Position numbers and translations under genes: made by a program. Shown here one piece after another: positions 48,055-59,000 of a stretch of DNA of 64,000 bases (the first letter of the stretch is position 1; every line of letters begins with the position of its first letter). The stretch lies in NCBI GenBank assembly GCA_904063045.1, contig CAJFCJ010000038.1:110790-174789 (forward strand). Reading direction: 5' to 3'. The DNA is from Dimorphilus gyrociliatus. Lineage: Eukaryota; Animalia; Annelida. A model generated the notes under the pieces. That model did not search any database. It was not told the DNA's origin and worked only from the letters and a program-made list of their open reading frames with translations.

Positions 48055-51000
48055 GGATGAGAATATATGTTCAGTTTTAGACAAAGCAGCATCAATGCCC
48101 AAATCATTAGCAAAGTTTATGTGCTCTTTATGTCTTGTTAAAGTGTCTTGAATGTATTCTAAAACTTGTTGAACTTGTTGTTGCTTCTTACCAACATCCT
48201 CTTTTATACCAAGCTGTATTAATTCAGTAAGTCTAGCAACCTCTAATTTTGGTTCTTCAATTTCATTGCTTATTTTCATTCTGATTGATTGTGCTGCTGC
48301 AGTCTGAAATCTGCATCCTTTCTTTGTGTAATAGATGAATGTTTTCTTTCCAGAATACATTGCTTGTTGATTGTGTTCAATGTCCAGTGGGTTTTTCTTA
48401 ATTTTGAACAGGTGTTGTGTTTGGTCACAATCTCCATATCTTATATCTTCTTTTGTTATGTGGTAAGCATGATGGAGTATTGGATCAACTGAGAATAAGA
48501 GATCTTTATACTTGATGAGAAATTCTTTGGAGCATAATCCATTTTTGGTGATAATTGTTGTATCACACACTACTTGAACTGATTTTAATTCTGTACAAGT
48601 ATTTAAGGTTGTTAGATCACCAAGCCATGTACTGTGCATTCCATGCTTAGATCCAAGTATTGTTGGTAGTTGAGGTGCCAATGGTGTGAGTAATGCTACC
48701 ATCTTGTTTCTCATAATGAATTCTTTGCATAGAAGTTGTGATACTTGTTTGAAAACTGTTTGTAAATTTTGGAAATTTTTATCAATGTTATTTAATAAAG
48801 CAGATGTTCGAATAGCATCTGCTATGTCTATTTTGTGAAATTTTGGCATCTGTATGCTTTCTGATACTCTTCTCCTCCATTCATGCTTCTTTGGTGTTCT
48901 TTGCAAAAGTGTAAATTTTCCATTTGCTTGATGTGTTTGAAATTGTTTATCTTTTGGACTTTGGTACCAAGTGTCCAGTCTTGGTAATGGATTGAAACTA
49001 ATTTTCTTCTTGTTGAGTTCAAAATCTTCTGCTTTTGCCATTCTAGCAGGTTCCATTTTGGTTGTTTTCAACATTTTGAGTATGTATTTGTTGTTAATAT
49101 CCCATATATCAGGTGAGATTATTTCTCTGACCATCCAGGTCCTAACCAATGGTGTTACATGATTTTTGATCAGCATATGATAAGTCTTGTCACCATCTCT
49201 ATACCAATCATTATAGGTTAGTATATTTTGTATTTCTGTATTATTTGCTTTTCTCAAAGTTGATATCTTTCCATCATAATTCTGCAATCTTGCAACTTCT
49301 TTGTTTGAAATGATTTTATATTTGATATCTGCCATCATTCTGTTATCAGCATAATTTGAATTTGTAAGATCAGTTCTTAATAAGTCGTATTCCTTCTGGG
49401 GTACTAAAATTCTTGTTCCAGGACCACCATATCCTTTGATATATCTATCTTGATAAGGTAAATCCATTATTGCATAGTTGGGACATGAAAAATATCCTCC
49501 AAGCTTAATGCACTCTACATTGTAGGATACTGCTTTCCATGGGGATTCATGACCAAGGAGATTTTGTCCTTTCTGAGGATTGAAAATAATAATGGAATCC
49601 AGAGTTCTACAAAATTTATGTTTGATAGAACAGTCCTCTAAATATTCCAAGTTGGTTGTTATCTTATCCTGACTTGGGTGCCAATAAGCTTTGCCAATTT
49701 GGAGAATTGTTGTAAATTCTTCAACCACTGTTGTTCTTGGCCATTTGTAGTTTGATCCTTTGTTTTCATTGTACATTAGAAGGTTTCCTTTTTCAATGAG
49801 TTTTTGTCCATTTAAGGTCTTTTTTGACAATAACATTTTTCTGCATTGTTTGTCACTTAAGGTAAGTGTTTGTTTTTCAACTCTGTGTTTCTTTGCTCCA
49901 AAGAAGTAATGAGTGTAAAAGTTGATTCTTCTCTTTACCAAACACTTAACAGCTTGTATTGCCAAATTATCAGCTTTAATTTCATAAATATTTGCCATTA
50001 TTTTGGTCATTTGTTTAGTTTTGAATGTGCAAATTGGTTCATCAGCCAGATCAAATGACTGATGTACTTGTTGCCCTTGACAGAATTGTACTGAAGGAAG
50101 CATTCTCACAGTTATGTTTGCTTTTGTTATTGATACATTTCCCTGAACCAAGTTTAATAAGCATAGCGCTAGCAGAGTGTAAACAATGGATCCTCTTATA
50201 GGAAGTGTTCCAACTTTCCTTTCTTGTTTCTCTACCTTGAGTGTGTTAACTCTAGTTGGTTGTTTGTTAGCCAATCTTAGTCTACTAGCATGGTAGAATT
50301 TTCTTTTGCCATTTAATATTTCCAATTCATAAAGACATTTTGTAGTATCAGTAGCAGTTACAATGTATGGTCCACTCCATTTGCTTGTATTTATCCTATT
50401 CATTCCTTGACCAATGTGTTCATTTTTTATGTGTACCCATTCACCAATTTGGTAAGTTGGGGGTTTTCTTGTGATAGTTTTGTTTACTCTATCTCTATAT
50501 GCCTTCTTTTTCATGACAGATTTGCACAATGCAGTAGCTCTTATTTCTTCCATTTCATGTTTTCTATCAAATAGAAATTTTGTTGTTGGTTCTAATCTTG
50601 GAACTTCCATTAACAAATCTAAGACATTCCTATTCTTCAATCCAAATAATATTTCATGTGGAGTTTTGCCTGTGCTTCCCACTGGAATTTGGTTTAAGCA
50701 TGTTTGAATTATTGGTAATTGTCTTGTCCAATCTGTTAATTGTTCCATAACTACATGTTTATGTAGTGCTCTGCGAATTTCCAAATTCTTTCTTTCTACC
50801 ATTCCATTACTTTGGCTATGGAATGCTGTTGTTTTTATTTTCCTTATTCCCATTGATGTAACCATCTCTGTAAATATTTCCCCCAGAAAATTCCGTCCTT
50901 GGTCTGTGAGAATTTCTTCTGGAATACCAAATATTGGAAAGTAGTTAAAAAACAAGTGTTTTGATATTTCTTCAGCTGTCTGAGTTTTTAATGGAAATAG

Positions 51001-51234
51001 GTTTGTAAATCTTGACATGTGATCTATAATGACAAGTATGTATTTGTAAGATTCATGTCCTGTTAGTGGTCCCATTATGTCCATTGCAATTCTTTGCATT
51101 GGTAGAGTTGGATGGGGTGTTTCAACCAATAGATGTTTGTTTCCAGGTGCTCTTAATTGTTCACAGAATTTGCAATTCTTTATATGGTCTTTAATTGTTT
51201 TCTTAAGTTGTGGATGCCAGAAAGCTTGTTCCAA
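48046..51234 (-). CDS. Integrase fused in frame to a class III (gB/rhabdovirus G-like) envelope glycoprotein; frame open to about 51330
   Basis: HHCC zinc finger (H..FEHYG...CKFC), DDE core (MDIMGP, TDQGRNF, NGMVERK) and WSGPY motif. Internal signal peptide IVYTLLALCLLNLVQG (50140-50187), then about 697 aa with fusion-loop-like HYFFGA and NYKWP and a gB-like LLCKEF..LAPQLP..WLGDLTTLNTC segment. No TM anchor. Confidence 0.85.
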   Translation of the reverse strand: MEQAFWHPQLKKTIKDHIKNCKFCEQLRAPGNKHLLVETPHPTLPMQRIAMDIMGPLTGHESYKYILVIIDHMSRFTNLFPLKTQTAEEISKHLFFNYFPIFGIPEEILTDQGRNFLGEIFTEMVTSMGIRKIKTTAFHSQSNGMVERKNLEIRRALHKHVVMEQLTDWTRQLPIIQTCLNQIPVGSTGKTPHEILFGLKNRNVLDLLMEVPRLEPTTKFLFDRKHEMEEIRATALCKSVMKKKAYRDRVNKTITRKPPTYQIGEWVHIKNEHIGQGMNRINTSKWSGPYIVTATDTTKCLYELEILNGKRKFYHASRLRLANKQPTRVNTLKVEKQERKVGTLPIRGSIVYTLLALCLLNLVQGNVSITKANITVRMLPSVQFCQGQQVHQSFDLADEPICTFKTKQMTKIMANIYEIKADNLAIQAVKCLVKRRINFYTHYFFGAKKHRVEKQTLTLSDKQCRKMLLSKKTLNGQKLIEKGNLLMYNENKGSNYKWPRTTVVEEFTTILQIGKAYWHPSQDKITTNLEYLEDCSIKHKFCRTLDSIIIFNPQKGQNLLGHESPWKAVSYNVECIKLGGYFSCPNYAIMDLPYQDRYIKGYGGPGTRILVPQKEYDLLRTDLTNSNYADNRMMADIKYKIISNKEVARLQNYDGKISTLRKANNTEIQNILTYNDWYRDGDKTYHMLIKNHVTPLVRTWMVREIISPDIWDINNKYILKMLKTTKMEPARMAKAEDFELNKKKISFNPLPRLDTWYQSPKDKQFQTHQANGKFTLLQRTPKKHEWRRRVSESIQMPKFHKIDIADAIRTSALLNNIDKNFQNLQTVFKQVSQLLCKEFIMRNKMVALLTPLAPQLPTILGSKHGMHSTWLGDLTTLNTCTELKSVQVVCDTTIITKNGLCSKEFLIKYKDLLFSVDPILHHAYHITKEDIRYGDCDQTQHLFKIKKNPLDIEHNQQAMYSGKKTFIYYTKKGCRFQTAAAQSIRMKISNEIEEPKLEVARLTELIQLGIKEDVGKKQQQVQQVLEYIQDTLTRHKEHINFANDLGIDAALSKTEHIFSSLL

Positions 51235-51799
51235 AGTATGAATTGTTATGTCTACACCATAGTGTTCAAATATTTGATGTTGATGTATTTGGTTCAGTAG
51301 GTTGTTAAAGTTAGTAGTGAATTACCAGTAATGGTTGACAACCATTCAGATACCATACTAAATCATCTTTGACAAACATATGTTCAATAAAATTTTGTAT
51401 TCCTTGAACATTTCAACATCAATATTTGCTCCTTCCAATTTTCTACAATTTCATTAGCGTGTCATCCAAAACTTTTCAGTGTAGAAGTTTATCTCAACAG
51501 GTTTATTTTTTAATTTCATGACCTGTAATTTTTGTCATCTGCTTCTTCATCATAACCATCATTATTGTCTAAAATTCATCCAAACAATCAGCTAAGTCTT
51601 CTAAATCTTCTGTATCAATATAAAAGCATTAAGCATATCCTTTCTTTCTGCTAATTGTGGAATTGTATTGCCATTTTTTTTCTTCATTTAGTCTTTCCTT
51701 TAGTAAATTTCGGAAATCAATAATTCATCAGTTTCTCCAATTCTGGATATCCAGTCTGCTCTGTTGGTTCTTCCAGTATGTAAATTATTTCAAAGTCCA

Positions 51800-52950
51800 T
51801 ATCCATAAGTGCCATAACCCATTTAACAGTACTTGAATTTAATTTGTTTGTACAAATGTTTGTACCAAATTTTGGTGATCAGTGTAAAGAAAAAATTTCT
51901 TATACTGCAAGTAATGGGAGAATTTTGTACTGCCCAATAGACTGCAAAAGCTTCTTTTTGATAAGCTGCATACCTTAGTTGTGTATTGATTAGGAGTTTG
52001 AAGCAAAAGAAATTGGCTTTCTTATTTTCTTTCCATCTTCTTCCCATTCTTGTTCTAAAACTGCACCAACTGCATAATTGGAGCATCTGTTGTTAGATAG
52101 AATGGTTTACTAAAATCAGGTAGTTGAAGTATTGGTGGTTCTGTCATTGATTTCTTTAGTGTCTGATACGCTTTCTCTGCTTCTGTAGTCCATTTTAGTC
52201 TTTCAGTCTTCTGATGTAGTTTTAATAATTCTCTCAAGGTTTTGTAATTTTTGCAAAGTCCTTGATAAATCTTCTATAATAACACACAAAATGCACAAAA
52301 CTTAGTAAAGTATTTGCAAACATTGGTAATTCAGCATCTTTTATCTTTTGAATCTTTTCTGGATCAGTTTCAATACCATTCTGTGTAATTCTATGACCAA
52401 GAAATTGTACTGATCTTGTAGAAATGCACATTTGCTTAACTTGATTCTGAAGTCCTTTTCTTTGATTCTTTCCATCAGTTTCTGTAGACTTGTGTAGTGT
52501 TCCTCCAATTTTGTAAAAACAATAATATCATCCATATAGTTAATACAGAAATTTTCCAATCCATTTATGACAAAATTTGCCATAATATAGCTGAAGTGTG
52601 AGGGTGCATTTGCTAAACCAAAAGGCATTCGATTAAATTCAAATAGACCAAATGGTGTTATGAAAGCAGTTTTTCTTTGTCTTCTTCCTTGATAGGATGT
52701 GGTGAAATGCACTTGTCAAATCCAAGATGGAAAAGTATTTATGTCCTCCTCCAAGTTGTCAAATAAATCTTCTTGGTGGGATTGGATAACAATTCTTTTT
52801 GAATGCTTGTTAAGTTTTCTGTAATCTACACACATTCTTAATGTTCCTTCTTTCTTTTTCACAAAAACAATTGGTGAAGCCCATTGGCTTTTGCTTGCTC
52901 TAATCAAACCATTTGCTAATAATCCATTAAGTGTTCCCTACATTCCTGTG
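51800..52950 (-). pseudogene. pol: Decayed reverse transcriptase and RNase H
   Basis: [52 protein letters not shown] (52527-52538), FLGHRI and LPDFSKPFYLTTDA are split over at least 5 frameshifted fragments. Confidence 0.95.
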
Positions 52951-53646
52951 TTTGTTGGTGTAATCTGTATGTCTTTGTTTAAAAGGTTTCACATCTTCCA
53001 ATAATTCAATTGCCATTGGTGAACATCTGTGAGCCAATGTCATTTTGATTTGTAGCAATAATGTCTTCATAATTCTTGATGATTTCTTTCAATTCTTCCC
53101 TGATTTTGTCAGGATTATTTTGGACACATGTAAATAGTTGTCAATTTCTACTGTAGTTGAATTAATGTGGTGTATATTTTGATTAGACATATGTTCAAAC
53201 TCAACACTTTCAGCAATTTCTATCTCAGGAGTTGCTGGAGTTTTCATTTGTTCTTTTCAACTTTGATAGTTATTCATCCTTTAATTCTATGTATTGTGTT
53301 TTCATTTCCATTTCTGTAATTAATTCTTCAGATTCAGTTTCAGTTTCTTCAGCAGATGAGTTAATGATAATAACTGAGTCATTGTCTGAATCTGTTGTTG
53401 CCATTTTCTTCTTCAGATGACTTTATACCATTAACAATATCCAAATCTGAGTCTGAGTTATGCTCTGGTTCATTACTCATCTCTGTATCATAATTTTCAA
53501 AGAAACTCAAAGTTTCATTTGAGCCATAAGTATTACTTGTATCATATCCAGTATCTGGCTCAGTAATATCCATATCTGAATCCACACTATCTGACACTTC
53601 AGATGGTCATCATGTTCATGAGCATATTGTCCAATCATTCCTACAG

Positions 53647-54066
53647 TTAGTTTGTTAGGTTTCCTTTGGTTTCTTTTGGTGTTTGATCCTTTTGTCTTTT
53701 TTGTAGAAAAGTTTTAACAGGTTCTCCTTTTCTTATAAAGAATGGGAGTGAAACTTGTTTAATTGCAAAGTTGATTATTGCTCCAGACTTTCTTAAGAAG
53801 TCACATCCCAAAATTATTGCCATATCCAATTTTTCCATTATAAAGAATTCTTGTTCCATTATTCTTCCAGCAAATTGTATGTTAAGTTTTGCTTTACCTT
53901 TAGTTTTCAAAGCATTTCCATCAGCTGAAGTTATTATTGGTAATGAAGTGGTTTCTTTCTTTACCCATTTTTGGTCCAATAATTTAATTTCTTTTTCAGT
54001 GATAAATGACATGAGTGCTCCTGTGTCACATAATGCAATCACTTCTCTTCCATTATGATTCTTCAA
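53647..54066 (-). pseudogene. pol: Retroviral-type aspartic protease
   Basis: ALCDTGALMSFI (DTGA at 54016-54027) and IILGCDFL. Confidence 0.9.
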
Positions 54067-54079
54067 ACGAAATTGGAAA

Positions 54080-54900
54080 TCATCTCTTCCTCTTTATTTG
54101 AGATGTGCACTTGAAATGTGCAACTTTCTCCTCTTTAAGATTAAATATTGCCATTGTACCCTTGGAAGTTTCTCTTTCATTAGGTTGATCAGGTTCAGCA
54201 TGAATTAATCTGTTGAAGGTACCTCTCTCATTTCCAGATCTTTGGTATTGATGGGTCCCTATTTTGAGAAAAAGGTGTAAATTTATGGTCATTATCATTT
54301 GCATAACTATTATTGTTATCAAACTTTTTTTGAATTGCTTGAATTCATTTCATCTTCTCTCCTTGCATTATTAAAGTAAATTTCTGCTCTTTTTGCCAAT
54401 TTAATATATTGGATTACTGAGCTAATTTTTCCATCTTTTTCCACATGGTTCACAATTTTTCCTTTTAGACCATTCCTGAATATACTAAGGAGTTGCAGTT
54501 CTCTAATCTCTCAGTAACACATACCATCTCAGTAGGTTTGAATGGTAGGAATTTCTCTACAAGTTCTTTACTTCTTCTAACAAAACTTTGAACAGTTTCA
54601 TCATTGAACTGTCTCAATCTATCAATATCTTTTTTATATAGCATAGGATCTGGATTAAATTCTTCATCCAATGCATCCCAAATTTCATTTTCAGTTGCCC
54701 TGGAGGGTAAGCTTTCAATTACATCTCTGGCTCTTCCAGTAGTGTATTTTCTCAACATTCGAATTCGTCTTTTCTCTGTATCCAAAGGTTTAATTCACAA
54801 GCAGTTTGAAAGTTCCTCTTAAGGCCAAGTATCTTTGCTACCAGAAAAGGTCTTAGCAAAGTAGTATTAGGTTTTCATTAGCATCAATTAGAAGACTTGC
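54080..54900 (-). pseudogene. gag: Decayed gag
   Basis: TFSGSKDTW...RIRMLRKYTTGRARDVI...EIWDALDEEF...LRQFNDETVQSFVRR, with several stops and frameshifts. Confidence 0.75.
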
Positions 54901-55161
54901 AATTGTCTTTTCCAAAGCATTATCTTGACATCATTATTGAATTTTGGTTGAGTAGGATAAGGGTTCTCCATACCTTCAGGAATTATAGCTGCCCAGTCAT
55001 CAAATGGTATTTCAAAAAACTATTACCATCAACCTTGGCTCCACTATTTTAATTCTCAACATTAATTCATTTATTTTGGTAAGATACTCATCTATTCTTT
55101 GCCTCTGGTCTTGTCATTTTCAAAAACCAAAATATCATTCATTGTGAAGTGTTGTGGGTGT

Positions 55162-55172
55162 CGACTGCGCCA
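55162..55172 (-). promoter_or_regulatory. Primer-binding site, probably tRNA-Ser
   Basis: Minus strand reads TGGCGCAGTCG immediately after the LTR-like region. This is complementary to a ...CGACUGCGCCA 3' end, recalled as an invertebrate tRNA-Ser. Confidence 0.7.
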
Positions 55173-55176
55173 TATT

Positions 55177-55522
55177 TGTACTTTGTTGTATTGTAATTGT
55201 AGGAAGTCCTAGCTCGTCACTATCAATTCGTCCTCTCCAATCATTTACCAATGTGCCAAAGTACTGGTCCAAATAGAACCTTTCAAGTTCGTCCACAAGT
55301 GTATTAATAAATGTAATTCCATAAAAAATTAACCAACAAACACCAGTATTTCATTCAAAGAATATGTATTTGAGTAAATGAGTTTCTAGTTCTAAACAAG
55401 CAGTTTGAACACCAGCTGATGGTTAGAAAACTGAATGACTACTGTTAAATTCGTAGGGTTTATATACTTTTCCAATAGTTCACAGTTCACGGATAAAAAT
55501 ATTCACACAAACAAATGTAACA
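55177..55522 (-). repeat. Putative 5' LTR
   Basis: Minus strand runs TGTTACA...GTACA with a TATATAAA box near 55460, adjacent to the PBS. Motifs are shared with 34107-34547. Confidence 0.5.
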
Positions 55523-56074
55523 ATTTGGATAAAGGGAAAGTTCAAATATACTTCCATGTTTGTTACTTTTTCTTTATCTTGGAGAACTTTTGCTCCCTAT
55601 TTTAGTAGGTCAGAAAGTTGCCTAAGATGTAAATTATTAATAGAAGTTGGATTGATTCCAAAACACAAAAATAGGAAAAGGTCAACTTGATGCCTTTTAA
55701 TATACAACAAATTATTAATAATAATTGTTTGTGTAAGATAATATGTTTCTGTGTAAAGGACTGGTAGGATAAAAGTATTAAACTTAATCATTCAATATAG
55801 TATTGTGCATACAATACTGTTGAAAAGTGACAATAATCTAAAAGCTCCAAATATAAATAGAATAGTGGAAGATATAATTAATATTCATTAAATATGATGT
55901 GTATAATAATTAGGGTTAACATCTAAGTTGTAAAATACTTTTACAACTTAGTTTAAATAGTGTATGTTGTAGTTTTAGGTATGTAAAGTACTCTATAATA
56001 CTCTTTCAATATTGCTTTCCATTGATGAATGAAATGTAACAATTTGGGTGTATTGTGTGAGTTTGTGAGCCTGG

Positions 56075-59000
56075 TTACGAGCTTATGTGTTTAGTACCTA
56101 CAAACTGCCTAAATGTGTACAATAATAAATTTCCAATTAAGCCTAGTAGGCCAAAACACCAAAAGAGACTTTTAATGAATATAGAACTCAACATATCAGA
56201 ACAAGTGCTAAAAAGTGATTCTGATGGTTTACATATTGTATTTTTACCATTTACTTTCCAAATTAGACAACAAAGTCTAAAACTATTGGCAAATAGTTTA
56301 TTCAAACTTTTCAAGTGTTCAACACTGTCCATTATTTTAATTTGTTGAAAATTTGTATTATTTAAATGTAATTCTCTTAATTTTTCAAGTCTCTTAAAAG
56401 AATTTACTTCAATATTCAAAATTGTTGTTGATGTAATTTTTAAAATTTCTAATTTAGTAAAATAGCTCAAATTCTGATTTAGGATTATCAACGGATTATT
56501 GGATAAATCTAAATATCTTAAATTTAGACATTCAAACAATATTAGCTGTTCAATACTATCAATTTGATTGAATGATAAATCAATGTATTGCAAAATTCTT
56601 AGAGAAAATTTTGTAGTGTTTTGTGAAGATTTTAAACTATTATTTTTTAAATTTAGAAATACAAGATTTTTGAACAGTTTCAACTGGTCAAATTCAAATA
56701 GATCATTGTTATTAACAGTAAGAGATATTAATTGTCTATGAGTACTAATTGTGTAATTTAATGTTATATAACCATAAATATCTATTCTTTTAATAAAAGA
56801 TTCCAGATTTATTGCAGTCGCCATCTCCCTCACTTCTAATTTGCATATGTATTCATAGATTTTTATTTGTTTACAAAGTGGATTTGAAAATGATTTGGAT
56901 ATTTCACAAAGTAATTCGTCATTTCCATAGAAACAATCAACAATTCCATTACAAACTTTATCTAATAGGACAAATTTTAATTCGCTTCTACATTTGAAGA
57001 ACGATTTAGGTGCAAATGTATCTGGTTAATTTTGTATTGTTATTATTATTTTCGTATTTCTTTGTTTTTTTTTCAAATAAATACCGCAATTCAATTCATC
57101 TTCATTGTTAATACAATGATTAATACCATCGCATACTTGTTCAATTTGAATACAGAAATTTTCCCTTTGGCATAAAAATTCACCAACTTCGCACGTAATA
57201 TTCAAACAGTTGTCTAATTGATTAAAAGGGAAGTGGACTTTTGTCCATTGATCACCAACTGAATTGAATTTCAACTTGCACTTTAACTTGACTAAATAAT
57301 CCTTCTGAACAGGGAATGGAGATAAATAACACCAAAAATATATAAGCTAAAATTTAAGCCTCGAACCTCGCGAAAATTGTTCCAGCATCTGTCATTTTCA
57401 TCCATATTGTTTTGACAATCGACAATTTTGTCGCAAATTTTAAATTTCATTATGCAATCATCCTCACCACAAGTGAATTGGAAATTTGAATTACAATCTG
57501 TATATTATATAGTCATTACGTAATGTAGAATATTTTACTCATCTCTACCCGTTATGAAACTATCAATAAGAGATTGTTTATTATAGCAAATTTCGTCACT
57601 AGAATCAAGACAATTTACTTCATTATTGCAAATATCCCAAATTTTAACGCATTGTTGCGAATGGCATTTACTAGAAGAGAAAAAATTAAATTGATTGATT
57701 GTTCTTCCTTTATCTTTAAATACCTTTCTTCATATGTACAACTATATTGATCTTTAATATTTTTAAAATTGTTCAATTGACATCATAAAATTCAAGACAA
57801 AAAAAAACATCAGCAATATTTACTTACAGCAGTCCATCTCATCAGATTTATCTGGGCAACTGGGTACAAAATCACAAACTTGAGTATAAGGAATTTCTAT
57901 ATTTGACTGAAGGCATTTAAATTTTTGTTGTAATCCATTTAGACAATTTAATTCGTCTTCTTGCTGAGGACAATCAATATTACCATCACAAATTGATATG
58001 GAATTGATATATACTTGACTTTTCTCACAGAAAAATAAATTTTTAAGATTTGTATCTTTTTTCAAAAATGGAGGATTAATAATTTGAAAATTTGGTGTTT
58101 TTTTATCATCTGCATATTAGTGGAATAATCAAAAAAGAAATATTAATATTTTTAATTAAAGCTCTTAATAAACTTTACAAATATATTTTTGGCATATAAA
58201 AGTAGAACCCAAAGTTTCCTTACACTTGACTCTTTTAATTTGTAATACTAAAAAAATTCAAAATGGCGGACAATTGCACATGGAAATAATTAGCTATTAC
58301 TAAATTCTCCTTTGAGTTGCTCTAGAAATCTTGGTATCATCTGTAATTATAAACATTATCAAAAGATAACCATTAAAGTTTAAATAATTCAAATTTACAG
58401 ATTCAAATTTAATGCAGTTTCCAGAAGTGAATTGAATAGTATTTAACCTAAGGTATCTTTTTTTATTCTGCAATTGTTGAGGAAAATATGAAAATGGAAT
58501 ATTTGATGATAAAATATCAATATTTTTTCTCTTAAACTTCTTTTTTTTTAATACTAAAAGATGTTTTTGAAAGAAAAAAGTCAATATTTAATAGTATCTA
58601 TTTATAGAAAATTAACCATTATATGGCACAAAAACAGATGTATTATGTTGATAAAATTTATAAAGTATGTAGGGAAATGCTGCTTTTACATGGGAAAATG
58701 TTTGTATGAATGAAGTGGAAAAATAATCAGCCAAAGTTAAATTTCTCTTTTCACAGTTAGATGCCATTTCATGAATGTTTATAGGTGTTTTGCTTTTGAA
58801 GAAATGATAGCAAACAGATCTGAAATAAATTTGATATCTTCCAGAGCAGTTTGGTCCTAAATTTTGATTTTTGTTATTAAAGGATTTAGTTTTTGATTTT
58901 TATTTAATTGAAACCTTCTAATCTATTTGAACATTTTACATTCAATTTTGGTATGATAGATTCTCTAAAAGAAGAAAATATTGTGAATTGTTAAAGATTC

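Larger units (their letters stand above)
48050..55522 (-). mobile_element. Ty3/Gypsy LTR retrotransposon with env-like gene, 3'-truncated
   Basis: Order gag-PR-RT-RH-IN-env, a PBS at 55162-55172 and an LTR-like region upstream. No 3' LTR is present. The 5' LTR boundary is uncertain (55522 or about 56041). Confidence 0.92.

Noticed and set aside
55923-55951. Perfect 13-bp hairpin CTAAGTTGTAAAA-TAC-TTTTACAACTTAG
   Set aside because: It is real but isolated in AT-rich eukaryotic DNA. There is no basis for a terminator or element-end call.
55513-56047. 16-bp direct repeat AAATGTAACAATTTGG (55513, 56032) as LTR pair or TSD
   Set aside because: The intervening sequence shows no element features. 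It only makes the 5' LTR boundary ambiguous.
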